Assembly: GCA_043816005.1 (NCBI GenBank)
Contig: JBDRIM010000001.1
Span: forward strand, 1 to 27,669
Length of the DNA stretch: 27,669 bases
Direction of reading: 5' to 3'
Source: Candidatus Micrarchaeota archaeon
Lineage (GTDB): Archaea > Micrarchaeota > Micrarchaeia > Anstonellales > Bilamarchaeaceae
The notes below the pieces were generated by a model that searched no databases, had not been told where the DNA came from, and saw only the letters and a program-made list of their open reading frames with translations. Both the position numbers and the translations under genes were made by a program. Shown here piece by piece: positions 6,660 through 15,125 of the stretch (the stretch's first letter is position 1; every line of letters begins with the position of its first letter).

Positions 6660-9593
6660 ATGAAATATTTTTCTTTTGGTGTCGTGGTCTTGCTAGCAGT
6701 ATTGTTTTCTGGATGTTGCCAGATACTTGATGACTTTAATGATGGGTTTGGTGAAGAATCTAATTTTACTATAACTCCGCCAGTATTGCCGCAATTCAAT
6801 GAACGTGAATGGACATACATAGTTTTTATGAATGGAGATAATAATCTTGAAATGCCCATGGTAATGGATTTCCTTGAAATGGAAAGCATAGGATCAACAG
6901 ATAAAATTGCCATTGTAGCTCAAGCAGATCGTTCAACAGTATATTATTCTGATGATCAAACAAGATGGGTTGGTGCCAAGAGATTTTACATTGAAAAAGG
7001 AAATGGGGAGTACATAACAACAGAAGCAATTGAAGAATTGGGCGACATAGACATGGGAAAGGGAGATACGTTAGCTGACTTCGTTGACTGGGCTGTGAAA
7101 AAATATCCTGCAAAACACTATGCAGTTATAATGTGGGATCATGGAGGCGGTTGGACTGGGATGTCACAGGATGAAAGTTCAGGGTCATCCATGACAATGA
7201 ATGAGTTCAGGATCGGACTTCAAAAGATTAACCAAAACCTCGGAAAAAAGATAGATGTTCTTGTTTTTGATATGTGCCTTATGGCACAGTATGATGTTAT
7301 GCTTGAGATACAGCCATATGCTGATTACACAGTAGCATCAGAAGAGGTAATACCAGGATATAGTTTCAACTACACATCCTTACTTGAAAAATTGAATACC
7401 GAACCAAATCTCACTCCAAAAAGACTTGCAGAGATAGAAGTCGAGGATTACAAAGCATATTACGAGGATAAAGATGATGCAACAACATTATCGGCCATTG
7501 ATCTTTCAAAAATTCCAGCAGTTGAAACTGCATTTAATGAATTTATAGTTGTTCTTACCACAAAAACTGACAAATGGAATGACATAGCCGATATTGGAAG
7601 ATATTCCGAGTATTATGCTGTTGGGACAGGAGAAGAGAGAATTTGGTCTTTTGCAGACTTATATGACTTTTCAAGAATCGCAGCAGCATATAATCTTGCT
7701 GACGATGAAATTCAACAAAAAAGCATTGCTCTGCAAAATTCAATAGATGCTGCGGTGATAAAAAATTATTATCATAGTCTTCACCCAAGATCTCACGGTC
7801 TTTCATTTTATTTCCAACCATCAAAAAGATTTTATCAACAGTATCATGAAAAAGATTACATCAATACGATTGCATATTCAAAAGATCAGTGGAGAAATTT
7901 CCTACAATCATATTATTCAAAAGAAAATATGGGAAACAGCGTCCCGACATTAAGTGATTTCAAAGTTTCAAGCACTGCATCATTAGCAAGACCAGTTTTA
8001 TTCAGCTACAAAATGACTGCTTCAAATATAGCCAACAACCAATGGGCTCAATTTTATAACGATGCTGGAACCTGGAAACTTGCACGATTAATTGGGCAAC
8101 GAGGAATGACAAAACTACCTGATGGAAGCGAAGTTTACGGCTATCCAAACGGTGTTGGTTTTGGTATTGGTAAAAGTATGCCTATTGAATTTGGCATATA
8201 TGATGGTATAAAAACAGTTAAGGCAAGCGTGGAACAACGATGGCCAGCTGAAGATGCATTTGTTGTTAACGGTATTATAAAGAAAAAAAGTGGAGGGCAA
8301 TTTGAAGGACAGATGGTTTTCTCAGCAGAACATGGTTATGCTATCCAGGTATTGTCACAAGTAGAACAGAATGGACAAAAATTTCTTGCACCAGTACCAA
8401 TTGAAGATGGTGACAAATTTACACCATATATTTATGTACTAGACCAAAATAGTATGAATGCGATCCAAGGTCAAGAAATAACTTATACTGATGCAAATGG
8501 CTTACAACTTTCGTGGAATGTATTGAATGAAAAGGAGTATATGGTTGCAGATATTGTAACTGATCTTGAAGGTAAAACAGGTATTATAACTGGAAGATTT
8601 AGAGCGAATAAACAACCTCAACTTATAGCACCAAGCATAACTGATCTTAAAAAAGAATGGAACTGTGGTATACTAACAGGTGGTCTTCGGGTTGATAAAA
8701 TATTTTCGCTTGCAATTACAGATCAAACCTGCATGTACCAGGATGGCACGGGATTGTATAACTGTACCACATACTACTCAGATGTTGGTAGCCCACACAT
8801 TTACTTACATAATGTAGAAAAGAAAGAAAACTACAAATTTGTTGTTTCTAAAGGTAATAACGGAAAACTTTGGCTATACGAACTTGCAGGAACTGAACCG
8901 ATAGTTTGTATATCCAAAGGAATGGCTCCGCCAACAGTAAATGACTATAAAGAATTATACGCTTCAATTGACGATCAAGGAAAGGATTTGGATGAATTAC
9001 AAACATCACCAACGGCAGTGATAGGAATATGGGAAGACGAATTAACAGCCATGGAACTGAAACTAAATAGTGATAATAGTTTCCAATGGAAAGTAGGGCA
9101 GACAACGATAACAGGAACTTATAGAATCGAAGGAGAGACGCTACATTTAGATTCTTTATCCCCTTCAACTCAATATTCAACATCATTCACATATTTATGC
9201 GGCAAAAAACGAATAGTTCTCTATGATCAGAATATGAATGAAATAAAACTAAAAAAACAAGGTTCTGATATATCAACATCAAATGTACCCATTATACAGG
9301 AACAAACTGGACAAGGAACTCAAACACCTCAAACCACACCATCAGCTCCAACAAATTTAGTTGGTGTGTGGGTTAATCCAAGTCTATTGATGACATTATG
9401 GCTAAAACCAGGTGGATTTTTCGAATTTAGTACTGGGTATTACTATGATATTGGACAGTATTCAGTGAGTGGGGATAGTATAACATTCAGCAGTTATTAC
9501 AGTGGTATAAACCAGTATAGATATTCAATCAATGGAAACATATTAACATTAACAGGAACTGACGGCACATTCCAACTACAAAAATATAATTAG
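6660..9593 (+). CDS. Clostripain-family (C11) cysteine peptidase lipoprotein with C-terminal beta-barrel-like repeats
   Basis: Lipobox LFSGC; WTYIVFMNGDNNLE, YPAKHYAVIMWDHGGGW (catalytic His), FDMCLM (catalytic Cys), ASEEVIPG; C-terminal VIGIW and LVGVW repeats; SD GAGGT. Confidence 0.92.
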   Translation: MKYFSFGVVVLLAVLFSGCCQILDDFNDGFGEESNFTITPPVLPQFNEREWTYIVFMNGDNNLEMPMVMDFLEMESIGSTDKIAIVAQADRSTVYYSDDQTRWVGAKRFYIEKGNGEYITTEAIEELGDIDMGKGDTLADFVDWAVKKYPAKHYAVIMWDHGGGWTGMSQDESSGSSMTMNEFRIGLQKINQNLGKKIDVLVFDMCLMAQYDVMLEIQPYADYTVASEEVIPGYSFNYTSLLEKLNTEPNLTPKRLAEIEVEDYKAYYEDKDDATTLSAIDLSKIPAVETAFNEFIVVLTTKTDKWNDIADIGRYSEYYAVGTGEERIWSFADLYDFSRIAAAYNLADDEIQQKSIALQNSIDAAVIKNYYHSLHPRSHGLSFYFQPSKRFYQQYHEKDYINTIAYSKDQWRNFLQSYYSKENMGNSVPTLSDFKVSSTASLARPVLFSYKMTASNIANNQWAQFYNDAGTWKLARLIGQRGMTKLPDGSEVYGYPNGVGFGIGKSMPIEFGIYDGIKTVKASVEQRWPAEDAFVVNGIIKKKSGGQFEGQMVFSAEHGYAIQVLSQVEQNGQKFLAPVPIEDGDKFTPYIYVLDQNSMNAIQGQEITYTDANGLQLSWNVLNEKEYMVADIVTDLEGKTGIITGRFRANKQPQLIAPSITDLKKEWNCGILTGGLRVDKIFSLAITDQTCMYQDGTGLYNCTTYYSDVGSPHIYLHNVEKKENYKFVVSKGNNGKLWLYELAGTEPIVCISKGMAPPTVNDYKELYASIDDQGKDLDELQTSPTAVIGIWEDELTAMELKLNSDNSFQWKVGQTTITGTYRIEGETLHLDSLSPSTQYSTSFTYLCGKKRIVLYDQNMNEIKLKKQGSDISTSNVPIIQEQTGQGTQTPQTTPSAPTNLVGVWVNPSLLMTLWLKPGGFFEFSTGYYYDIGQYSVSGDSITFSSYYSGINQYRYSINGNILTLTGTDGTFQLQKYN

Positions 9594-9733
9594 AGTAGTT
9601 TTTGTTTATGTTCAAGCATATCGTCCAATCTTGTCTTCCATTTTGCTGCATATTTCACTGAAGAGAAATCACTACCAGAAGTATCACGAAGCATTTTGTC
9701 TCTAGCTTCAGATGCTCTAGCAGTTAAATTCAT
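9590..9733 (-). CDS. Putative 47-aa small protein
   Basis: MNLTARASEARDKMLRD...KLL; SD-like AGTGA 4 nt before ATG; upstream TATATAAATA on the minus strand. Confidence 0.45.
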   Translation of the reverse strand: MNLTARASEARDKMLRDTSGSDFSSVKYAAKWKTRLDDMLEHKQKLL

Positions 9734-9831
9734 AAAATCACTTTTACAAATAAAGTGCGAATTACAGTATTTATATATCTTCCGTATGAAGTATATATTC
9801 CAATACATAAGATATATATTATGGTGAAAGT

Positions 9832-10773
9832 ATGAACCTTCCAAGAAAGATACAGCTAACTGGTGGAAACACATACACAGTATCACTTCCGCATGAATGG
9901 ATAGATAGACTAAAAATCAAGAAAGGGGATCATGTTTATATCACAGATAACACGGATGGGACTCTTACATTCTCAACAAAACAAACAAAATCAGATACAA
10001 AAGTATATACAATCAATATAACTGAAGGAACGCACGCAACCATGCGAAATATTGTTGCTGCCTATATTGGAGGGGCTACGAAGATAGTATTGAAAGGAAA
10101 AGGAACTGCTATTGTTGCAGAGCAAGCAAGACAGATCCTCTCTGGGGTTGAAATTATAGAAGAAAATGATGAAGGAATAGTTTTGAGTATCGTGAAATTT
10201 GATGACCTTGATATTGATGATATAATGAAGAGAGAGTTTAATGTGACAAAATCTATGTTTGGACTTGTATCAGATGTTTGTAGAGGGCATGGAAATTTAG
10301 TCGAAGTCTCGAAAAAAGAAGAAGCAGTTGATAGGTTGTATATTTTAGTTCTCAGGAATCTTATTCTTAGTGCTACAAAACAAAAAGAAGCAATTTTCAA
10401 AGCAGTAGTTGCAAAAAGCATTGAAAAGGTGGGTGATCACTTAGTCGACCTCTGTAAAAGTGCTGAAGATGCAGGAAGAAGCGAATGGCTGGCTGATCTT
10501 GTTGACTGTGCTTGTGATGTTTATACTCAGGCATTTGAAACATTTGCAAAAAATGAACCTAATAGTAAAAATTTCAAAAATGCAATGACAAAATATAAAG
10601 AGATTTACCATAAGGCAGATGCCATACTAAAAAAAGAGAAAAATGTTTCAAAAATGCTAATACTCCTTATTTTACTTGAAAAATGCAATAAAGTGATAAG
10701 ATACTCTGAGGATATTATGGAGAGTAATACGGATATAATATTTGCACGAATGGAGAGTGAAGAAAAAGATTAA
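9832..10773 (+). CDS. phoU: Phosphate uptake regulator (AbrB/SpoVT N-domain plus PhoU domains)
   Basis: RKIQLTGGNTYTVSLPHEWI AbrB motif; EEAVDRLY and IEKVGDH PhoU motifs; SD GGTGA. Confidence 0.9.
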   Translation: MNLPRKIQLTGGNTYTVSLPHEWIDRLKIKKGDHVYITDNTDGTLTFSTKQTKSDTKVYTINITEGTHATMRNIVAAYIGGATKIVLKGKGTAIVAEQARQILSGVEIIEENDEGIVLSIVKFDDLDIDDIMKREFNVTKSMFGLVSDVCRGHGNLVEVSKKEEAVDRLYILVLRNLILSATKQKEAIFKAVVAKSIEKVGDHLVDLCKSAEDAGRSEWLADLVDCACDVYTQAFETFAKNEPNSKNFKNAMTKYKEIYHKADAILKKEKNVSKMLILLILLEKCNKVIRYSEDIMESNTDIIFARMESEEKD

Positions 10774-10797
10774 ATACATCTAGATGAATAGATTGTT

Positions 10798-11112
10798 ATG
10801 CCACGACTTGAAACAGAAGAAGAACAAACACAAAAAAGAACAAACGTAACCTCTTACTTTGATATTAACCAGCTAGAACTCGCCATTATTAATAGAGCAT
10901 TACAAAACCAACTAAAACGCGATGTTCCAGAGTATGTGTCAATAGGAAAAAATACTAGGATTCTAACTATTCAAAAAAGAAACCTTGAGAGATTATGTCG
11001 TAAGATGGGACGTGAATGTCGTGACCGTCCTCTTGAAACTGAACTTAAAAAGATTCTTTCTGGTTCAAAGGTTTTTTCACTAATTTGTTTTTCAAACAGA
11101 TATGAAGAATAA
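10798..11112 (+). CDS. Hypothetical protein
   Basis: 104-aa ORF filling the gap between phoU and dph2. Confidence 0.65.
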   Translation: MPRLETEEEQTQKRTNVTSYFDINQLELAIINRALQNQLKRDVPEYVSIGKNTRILTIQKRNLERLCRKMGRECRDRPLETELKKILSGSKVFSLICFSNRYEE

Positions 11113-11127
11113 TTTTTGGTTGAGAAT

Positions 11128-12033
11128 ATGAGACTATTACTTCAGTTCCCTGACGGGCTTAAACAAAAGGCAATTGAATTTGCAAAAAAGTATGAGAAAG
11201 AAGGCCACGAAGTTTTTCTTTCGGCATCGTCATGTTATGGTGCATGTGATATTGCAATTGATGAAGCACGCATGCTTAAGGTAAATAAAATAATTCATTT
11301 TGGACATAATAGGTTTGGAAAATTGGATGTTGGAATACCAATTGAATACGTCGAATATAGAATAGATATCAAGATCGATGATCTTGAAAATGCACTTCCA
11401 GCACTTAAGAACTATAAAAATATAGCAATTGGAATGACAGTTCAACATTCGCATCAATTTAAGGAAATAAAAAATTTCTTTGAGAATAATGGTAAGAATA
11501 TATTAACAAAAAAAGGTGCATTAACACAAGAAGATGGCCAAGTGCTAGGGTGTGATGCCAGTGCAATTAAAAATGAAAGAGCTGATGCGATTCTTTTTAT
11601 CGGAAATGGGATGTTCCACCCATTAGCTATTGAATCAGAAAAACAAGTTTTCATTTACAATCCACTCGATGGCAGCATAAAAAATATTAATAAAGAAATC
11701 GAACAACTTAGAAAAAAACGCAGGGGAATGATAATCCGTTCACTTGACGGTAAAAAATTTGGGATCATGTTAAGCACTAAACCAGGTCAATTTAATCTTC
11801 CACAAGCATTGCTAGCAAAAAAAGAACTTAAAAAAAGAGGTCTTCGAGTAGAAATACTTGTGGCAAATGAGTTAGAACCACTTAATCTAAATAATTTCAT
11901 GTTTTTTGATTGTTACATCAACACAGGATGTCCACGCATGTCAGATGACACTGAAGAATATGGAAAACCAGTTCTTACTTTCGGAATGTTAAAAGAGATG
12001 TTAAAATTAAAAGATCAAACAAAAAACAAATAG
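11128..12033 (+). CDS. dph2: 2-(3-amino-3-carboxypropyl)histidine synthase (diphthamide biosynthesis)
   Basis: LQFPDGLK, CYGACD, HFGH, GQVLGC and GCPR, including three Fe-S-ligating Cys. Confidence 0.95.
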   Translation: MRLLLQFPDGLKQKAIEFAKKYEKEGHEVFLSASSCYGACDIAIDEARMLKVNKIIHFGHNRFGKLDVGIPIEYVEYRIDIKIDDLENALPALKNYKNIAIGMTVQHSHQFKEIKNFFENNGKNILTKKGALTQEDGQVLGCDASAIKNERADAILFIGNGMFHPLAIESEKQVFIYNPLDGSIKNINKEIEQLRKKRRGMIIRSLDGKKFGIMLSTKPGQFNLPQALLAKKELKKRGLRVEILVANELEPLNLNNFMFFDCYINTGCPRMSDDTEEYGKPVLTFGMLKEMLKLKDQTKNK

Positions 12034-12063
12034 GAATATAAATTTCTTCTGTAAATCAAGGAT

Positions 12064-12939
12064 ATGGAAACAATTAGAGAAACCGAATTAGAATTACCAC
12101 TACTTAGAAAAGGAAAGGTTCGTGACACTTATTTGATCAATAATCATCTTCTTATGATTGCAACAGATAGATTGAGTGCATTTGATGTTGTTTTCAATGA
12201 GGGGATACCTAGCAAAGGAGAGGTACTTACGAAATTATCCATATTTTGGTTCAAGAAAACAACAGATATTATAGAAAATCATTTTCTTACAAATGCCATT
12301 CCAGCGAACCTGCCAGAATATCTCAATGGAAGGAGTATTATTGTAGAAAAAGCAGAACCTTTACCACTTGAATGTGTTGTTAGAGGATATATCACAGGCA
12401 GCGCATGGAAAGAATATCAAAAAAGCGGAACAGTCTGTGGAATAGAACTCCCAGAAGGATTGAAGAATGGGAGTGAATTACCAAAACCAATTTTTACTCC
12501 ATCAACAAAAGCAGAAAAAGGACATGATGAAAATATTAACGAAGAACAGGCAAAGAAAATTGTCGGAGAACATGCTTACCAAACAGTGAAACAAAAAAGT
12601 ATTGAATTGTATAATTTTGGAAAGACGCATGCAGACAGATCAGGACTTGTATTAGCTGATACAAAATTCGAATTTGGATATCATACAAATAAAGATGGTA
12701 AAAACAAGATCGTCTTGATAGATGAAGCTCTTACACCAGATTCATCACGATACTGGCTAAAAGAAAAATACGAAAAAGGAGTTCTTGAAAGTTTGGATAA
12801 ACAATTTGTAAGAGATTATTTAGAAAAAACAAACTGGAACAAGAATCCGCCACCGCCTGCACTTCCTGAGGATGTAATAAAAAGAACAAGCGAAAGGTAT
12901 TTGCAGGCGTATAAAATGCTAACTGGAAAAGATCTTTGA
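12064..12939 (+). CDS. purC: SAICAR synthetase
   Basis: GKVRD, ATDRLSAFD, ECVVRGY, TPSTKA, DTKFEFG, DEALTPDSSR, DKQFVRD. Confidence 0.98.
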   Translation: METIRETELELPLLRKGKVRDTYLINNHLLMIATDRLSAFDVVFNEGIPSKGEVLTKLSIFWFKKTTDIIENHFLTNAIPANLPEYLNGRSIIVEKAEPLPLECVVRGYITGSAWKEYQKSGTVCGIELPEGLKNGSELPKPIFTPSTKAEKGHDENINEEQAKKIVGEHAYQTVKQKSIELYNFGKTHADRSGLVLADTKFEFGYHTNKDGKNKIVLIDEALTPDSSRYWLKEKYEKGVLESLDKQFVRDYLEKTNWNKNPPPPALPEDVIKRTSERYLQAYKMLTGKDL

Positions 12940-13572
12940 TTAATCAAGATCTGGATCTGTTCTTGGAGGACCCTCATCATCATAATCCCGTCTTGAGGAA
13001 CCATCATCCTCATCAGGATCTCTTCGGGGATTATCATCCTCATATCTGCTTCTTGGAACGTCATCTTCTTCTCTTCTTCTTAACCGTTCCCTTCTTTCTG
13101 CCATTTGAGCTTGTCTTGCTGCTGCTTTTCCCCTCAAAATACCTACAAGACTAGTTACGAGTGAAATTCCTGCATAAAGCAAACCAACAAAACCACCATA
13201 TTTCCACCATTTATCTGGAGAATTGCTTTCTCTTTGATCTGGTTCGCATTCGGCATAGGGAACAAGTGAACGTCTATCGATCATTTTTTCAGCTACTGCC
13301 ACATCTCCTTTTGTATGAGCAGTTGCTTCTGCAAGCAATCCAACTTTACATCTTTCAGTATCATCTCTAGCATCTAAAAGATCTCTTTTTAATGCATCTA
13401 CCATGTTACCGCTTGTTGTTTGATCAGACCTCATAAGCATTTCAATTTTTGGTTTTGCTCTTCGAAAAACTTCTTCAGCAGAGAAACGTGTTTTCATCTG
13501 TTGGTTACCATAGTAGAGTGCCCCAATTGCAGCTGCAGCTATCATAACTTTTGATACAGTTCCCATAGACAT
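12940..13572 (-). CDS. Hypothetical membrane protein with a repetitive R/D/E/P-rich C-terminal tail
   Basis: N-terminal hydrophobic segment, second TM (YGGFVGLLYAGISLVTSLVGIL), charged repeats; TTTAAA about 20 nt upstream. Confidence 0.75.
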   Translation of the reverse strand: MSMGTVSKVMIAAAAIGALYYGNQQMKTRFSAEEVFRRAKPKIEMLMRSDQTTSGNMVDALKRDLLDARDDTERCKVGLLAEATAHTKGDVAVAEKMIDRRSLVPYAECEPDQRESNSPDKWWKYGGFVGLLYAGISLVTSLVGILRGKAAARQAQMAERRERLRRREEDDVPRSRYEDDNPRRDPDEDDGSSRRDYDDEGPPRTDPDLD

Positions 13573-13625
13573 ATATGTGTTAAGAACTCTTTTTAAATGT
13601 TACTAAAAGTGGAAAATCAGTATAT

Positions 13626-14081
13626 TTAAGATAAATAATGCTGGAGCATCTTTAATGCGAATTTTGCCTGGCCGTGGTTGAGATCAAACAGCATGGCAAT
13701 ATGAAGAAGCTCATCGCGTGTACGGACTTGCATTTCACTTTCAGCAAAACTAGCAAATGAGTAAAATGCACCATACTTTACACACAATCTCAAAAAATTG
13801 CGGATTTTCGAGATTGCAACTGCACGAGAAATCCCGGTTGATTTTATTAAACGTCCAATGTCAATCAAAAAACACAGATTCTTTTTCTCTGCAATTGTCC
13901 TTATAGCGCCCTCGTTAAATTTGTAATCCTGAAGCACAACTAACACCTTTTTATTTTTGTAGTTTAGTGCTTCTTCGAGATTTGCAACTGAAATGATTTT
14001 GTTTTTGACAGTATTGAAATTATAAAAAATAGAAAAACCAAAAGAAGAAGGTTCTACTGAACACTTCAGTATGTCATACAT
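13626..14081 (-). CDS. rnp3: RNase P protein component 3 (Rpp30)-like, shortened
   Basis: C-terminal ASFAESEMQVRTRDEL..LFDL...AKFAL resembles the Rpp30 SxA...RxPxD motif; directly downstream of rpl15e, a known archaeal gene neighbourhood. Confidence 0.7.
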   Translation of the reverse strand: MYDILKCSVEPSSFGFSIFYNFNTVKNKIISVANLEEALNYKNKKVLVVLQDYKFNEGAIRTIAEKKNLCFLIDIGRLIKSTGISRAVAISKIRNFLRLCVKYGAFYSFASFAESEMQVRTRDELLHIAMLFDLNHGQAKFALKMLQHYLS

Positions 14082-14084
14082 AAG

Positions 14085-14666
14085 CTAAGCATTCTTCTTG
14101 CCAACATACTCCTTGAAGTGATATGCTTTTTTAGTTGCCATCTTCCTTCTGAGTCTTTTGTTGAGACCTTTTTTCTTGCTTGGTGAACGTGAATTACCTG
14201 CAGCAGTAAGACCCCTAAAGGATTTACCAGGTCTCATTACCGAACTCACATTAACAGTTGGTTTAGCTGGATCTGCTAAAATTACTTCGAAAAATTTATA
14301 GTTTCCATCTTCACCAACCCAATAAGAATTTAGAACTTCAAGATTTTTGTAAACACGATTTACTCTTTGTTCAGCAATAGCTTGATGTGATTGCTGTGGT
14401 TGAACAAACAAATAGTAGTTTTTTTGTTTTCTACCACCACTTGTCCTTCGCCTTGTTCTTCGTCCTTTATCAATTCTAACTCGAACAACCACGTAACCTT
14501 GTTTAGCTTTGAAACCAAGTCTTCTTGCTCTTACTAGATTTGATGGATTGAGAACTTTAACCATTGCAGGTCCTGCTCTCCATGAAACTACCTTTCCCCT
14601 GTAAATTGAATCTCTTTCCTTGTATTGTTTTTGCAAGGTTTTAGCTATATACTTGTAAGCACCCAT
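14085..14666 (-). CDS. rpl15e: 50S ribosomal protein eL15
   Basis: MGAYKY, RARRLGFKAKQGYVVVRVR, NLEVLNSYWVGEDGNYKFFEVILADP, FRGLT; SD GGTGA. Confidence 0.98.
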   Translation of the reverse strand: MGAYKYIAKTLQKQYKERDSIYRGKVVSWRAGPAMVKVLNPSNLVRARRLGFKAKQGYVVVRVRIDKGRRTRRRTSGGRKQKNYYLFVQPQQSHQAIAEQRVNRVYKNLEVLNSYWVGEDGNYKFFEVILADPAKPTVNVSSVMRPGKSFRGLTAAGNSRSPSKKKGLNKRLRRKMATKKAYHFKEYVGKKNA

Positions 14667-14731
14667 TTAATCACCAAAGACGTTATCAAACTACTTTATA
14701 GAAAACGGTAGAGGATATTCATTGGCTCGTG

Positions 14732-14750
14732 TTTATAAATATTTCTTCTT
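14732..14750 (-). promoter_or_regulatory. BRE/TATA promoter of rpl15e, in the region divergent from the ATP synthase operon
   Basis: Minus strand reads AAGAAGAAATATTTATAAA. Confidence 0.5.
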
Positions 14751-14781
14751 TAATTAAAGTCTAACTTGTTTTGGTGTTACT

Positions 14782-15117
14782 ATGCATCAACTATCTGAAC
14801 ATCCAGAGTTTATTAAGACTATACAGGAAATAAGAGACGCGGAAGAGGAGTACGACCGTCTAATTAATTCTGCTAAAGAAAAAGCAGATAAAATCATGCG
14901 TGAAGCAAAGGAACAAATATCTAATCAACGCATGACTAATGAACAAAGCATTACTACTTACAAAAATGAACGATTACAAGATGGAAGCAGTGAAATAGAA
15001 ACTAAAGTTGAAGAAATACTTAGTAAGGCTAAGGATGACGGATCAAAAATTACAAAAAAGAAAGTTGAGTTTGTTGTTGTTTCAAAGTTTGTCAAGGAAT
15101 TCCTAGCCAACCTCTGA
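14782..15117 (+). CDS. atpH: A-type ATP synthase subunit H (peripheral stalk)
   Basis: IQEIRDAEEE..AKEKADKIMREAKE coiled coil; first gene of the operon. Confidence 0.85.
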   Translation: MHQLSEHPEFIKTIQEIRDAEEEYDRLINSAKEKADKIMREAKEQISNQRMTNEQSITTYKNERLQDGSSEIETKVEEILSKAKDDGSKITKKKVEFVVVSKFVKEFLANL

Positions 15118-15125
15118 GGAAAAGT

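Noticed and set aside
12936..13154. His-rich plus-strand ORF (PHHHNP...)
   Set aside because: Antisense reading of the Asp/Glu repeats of the minus-strand gene
14667..14730. Possible eL15 ribosomal leader RNA
   Set aside because: Only weak pairing is visible; cannot be supported without a covariance-model search
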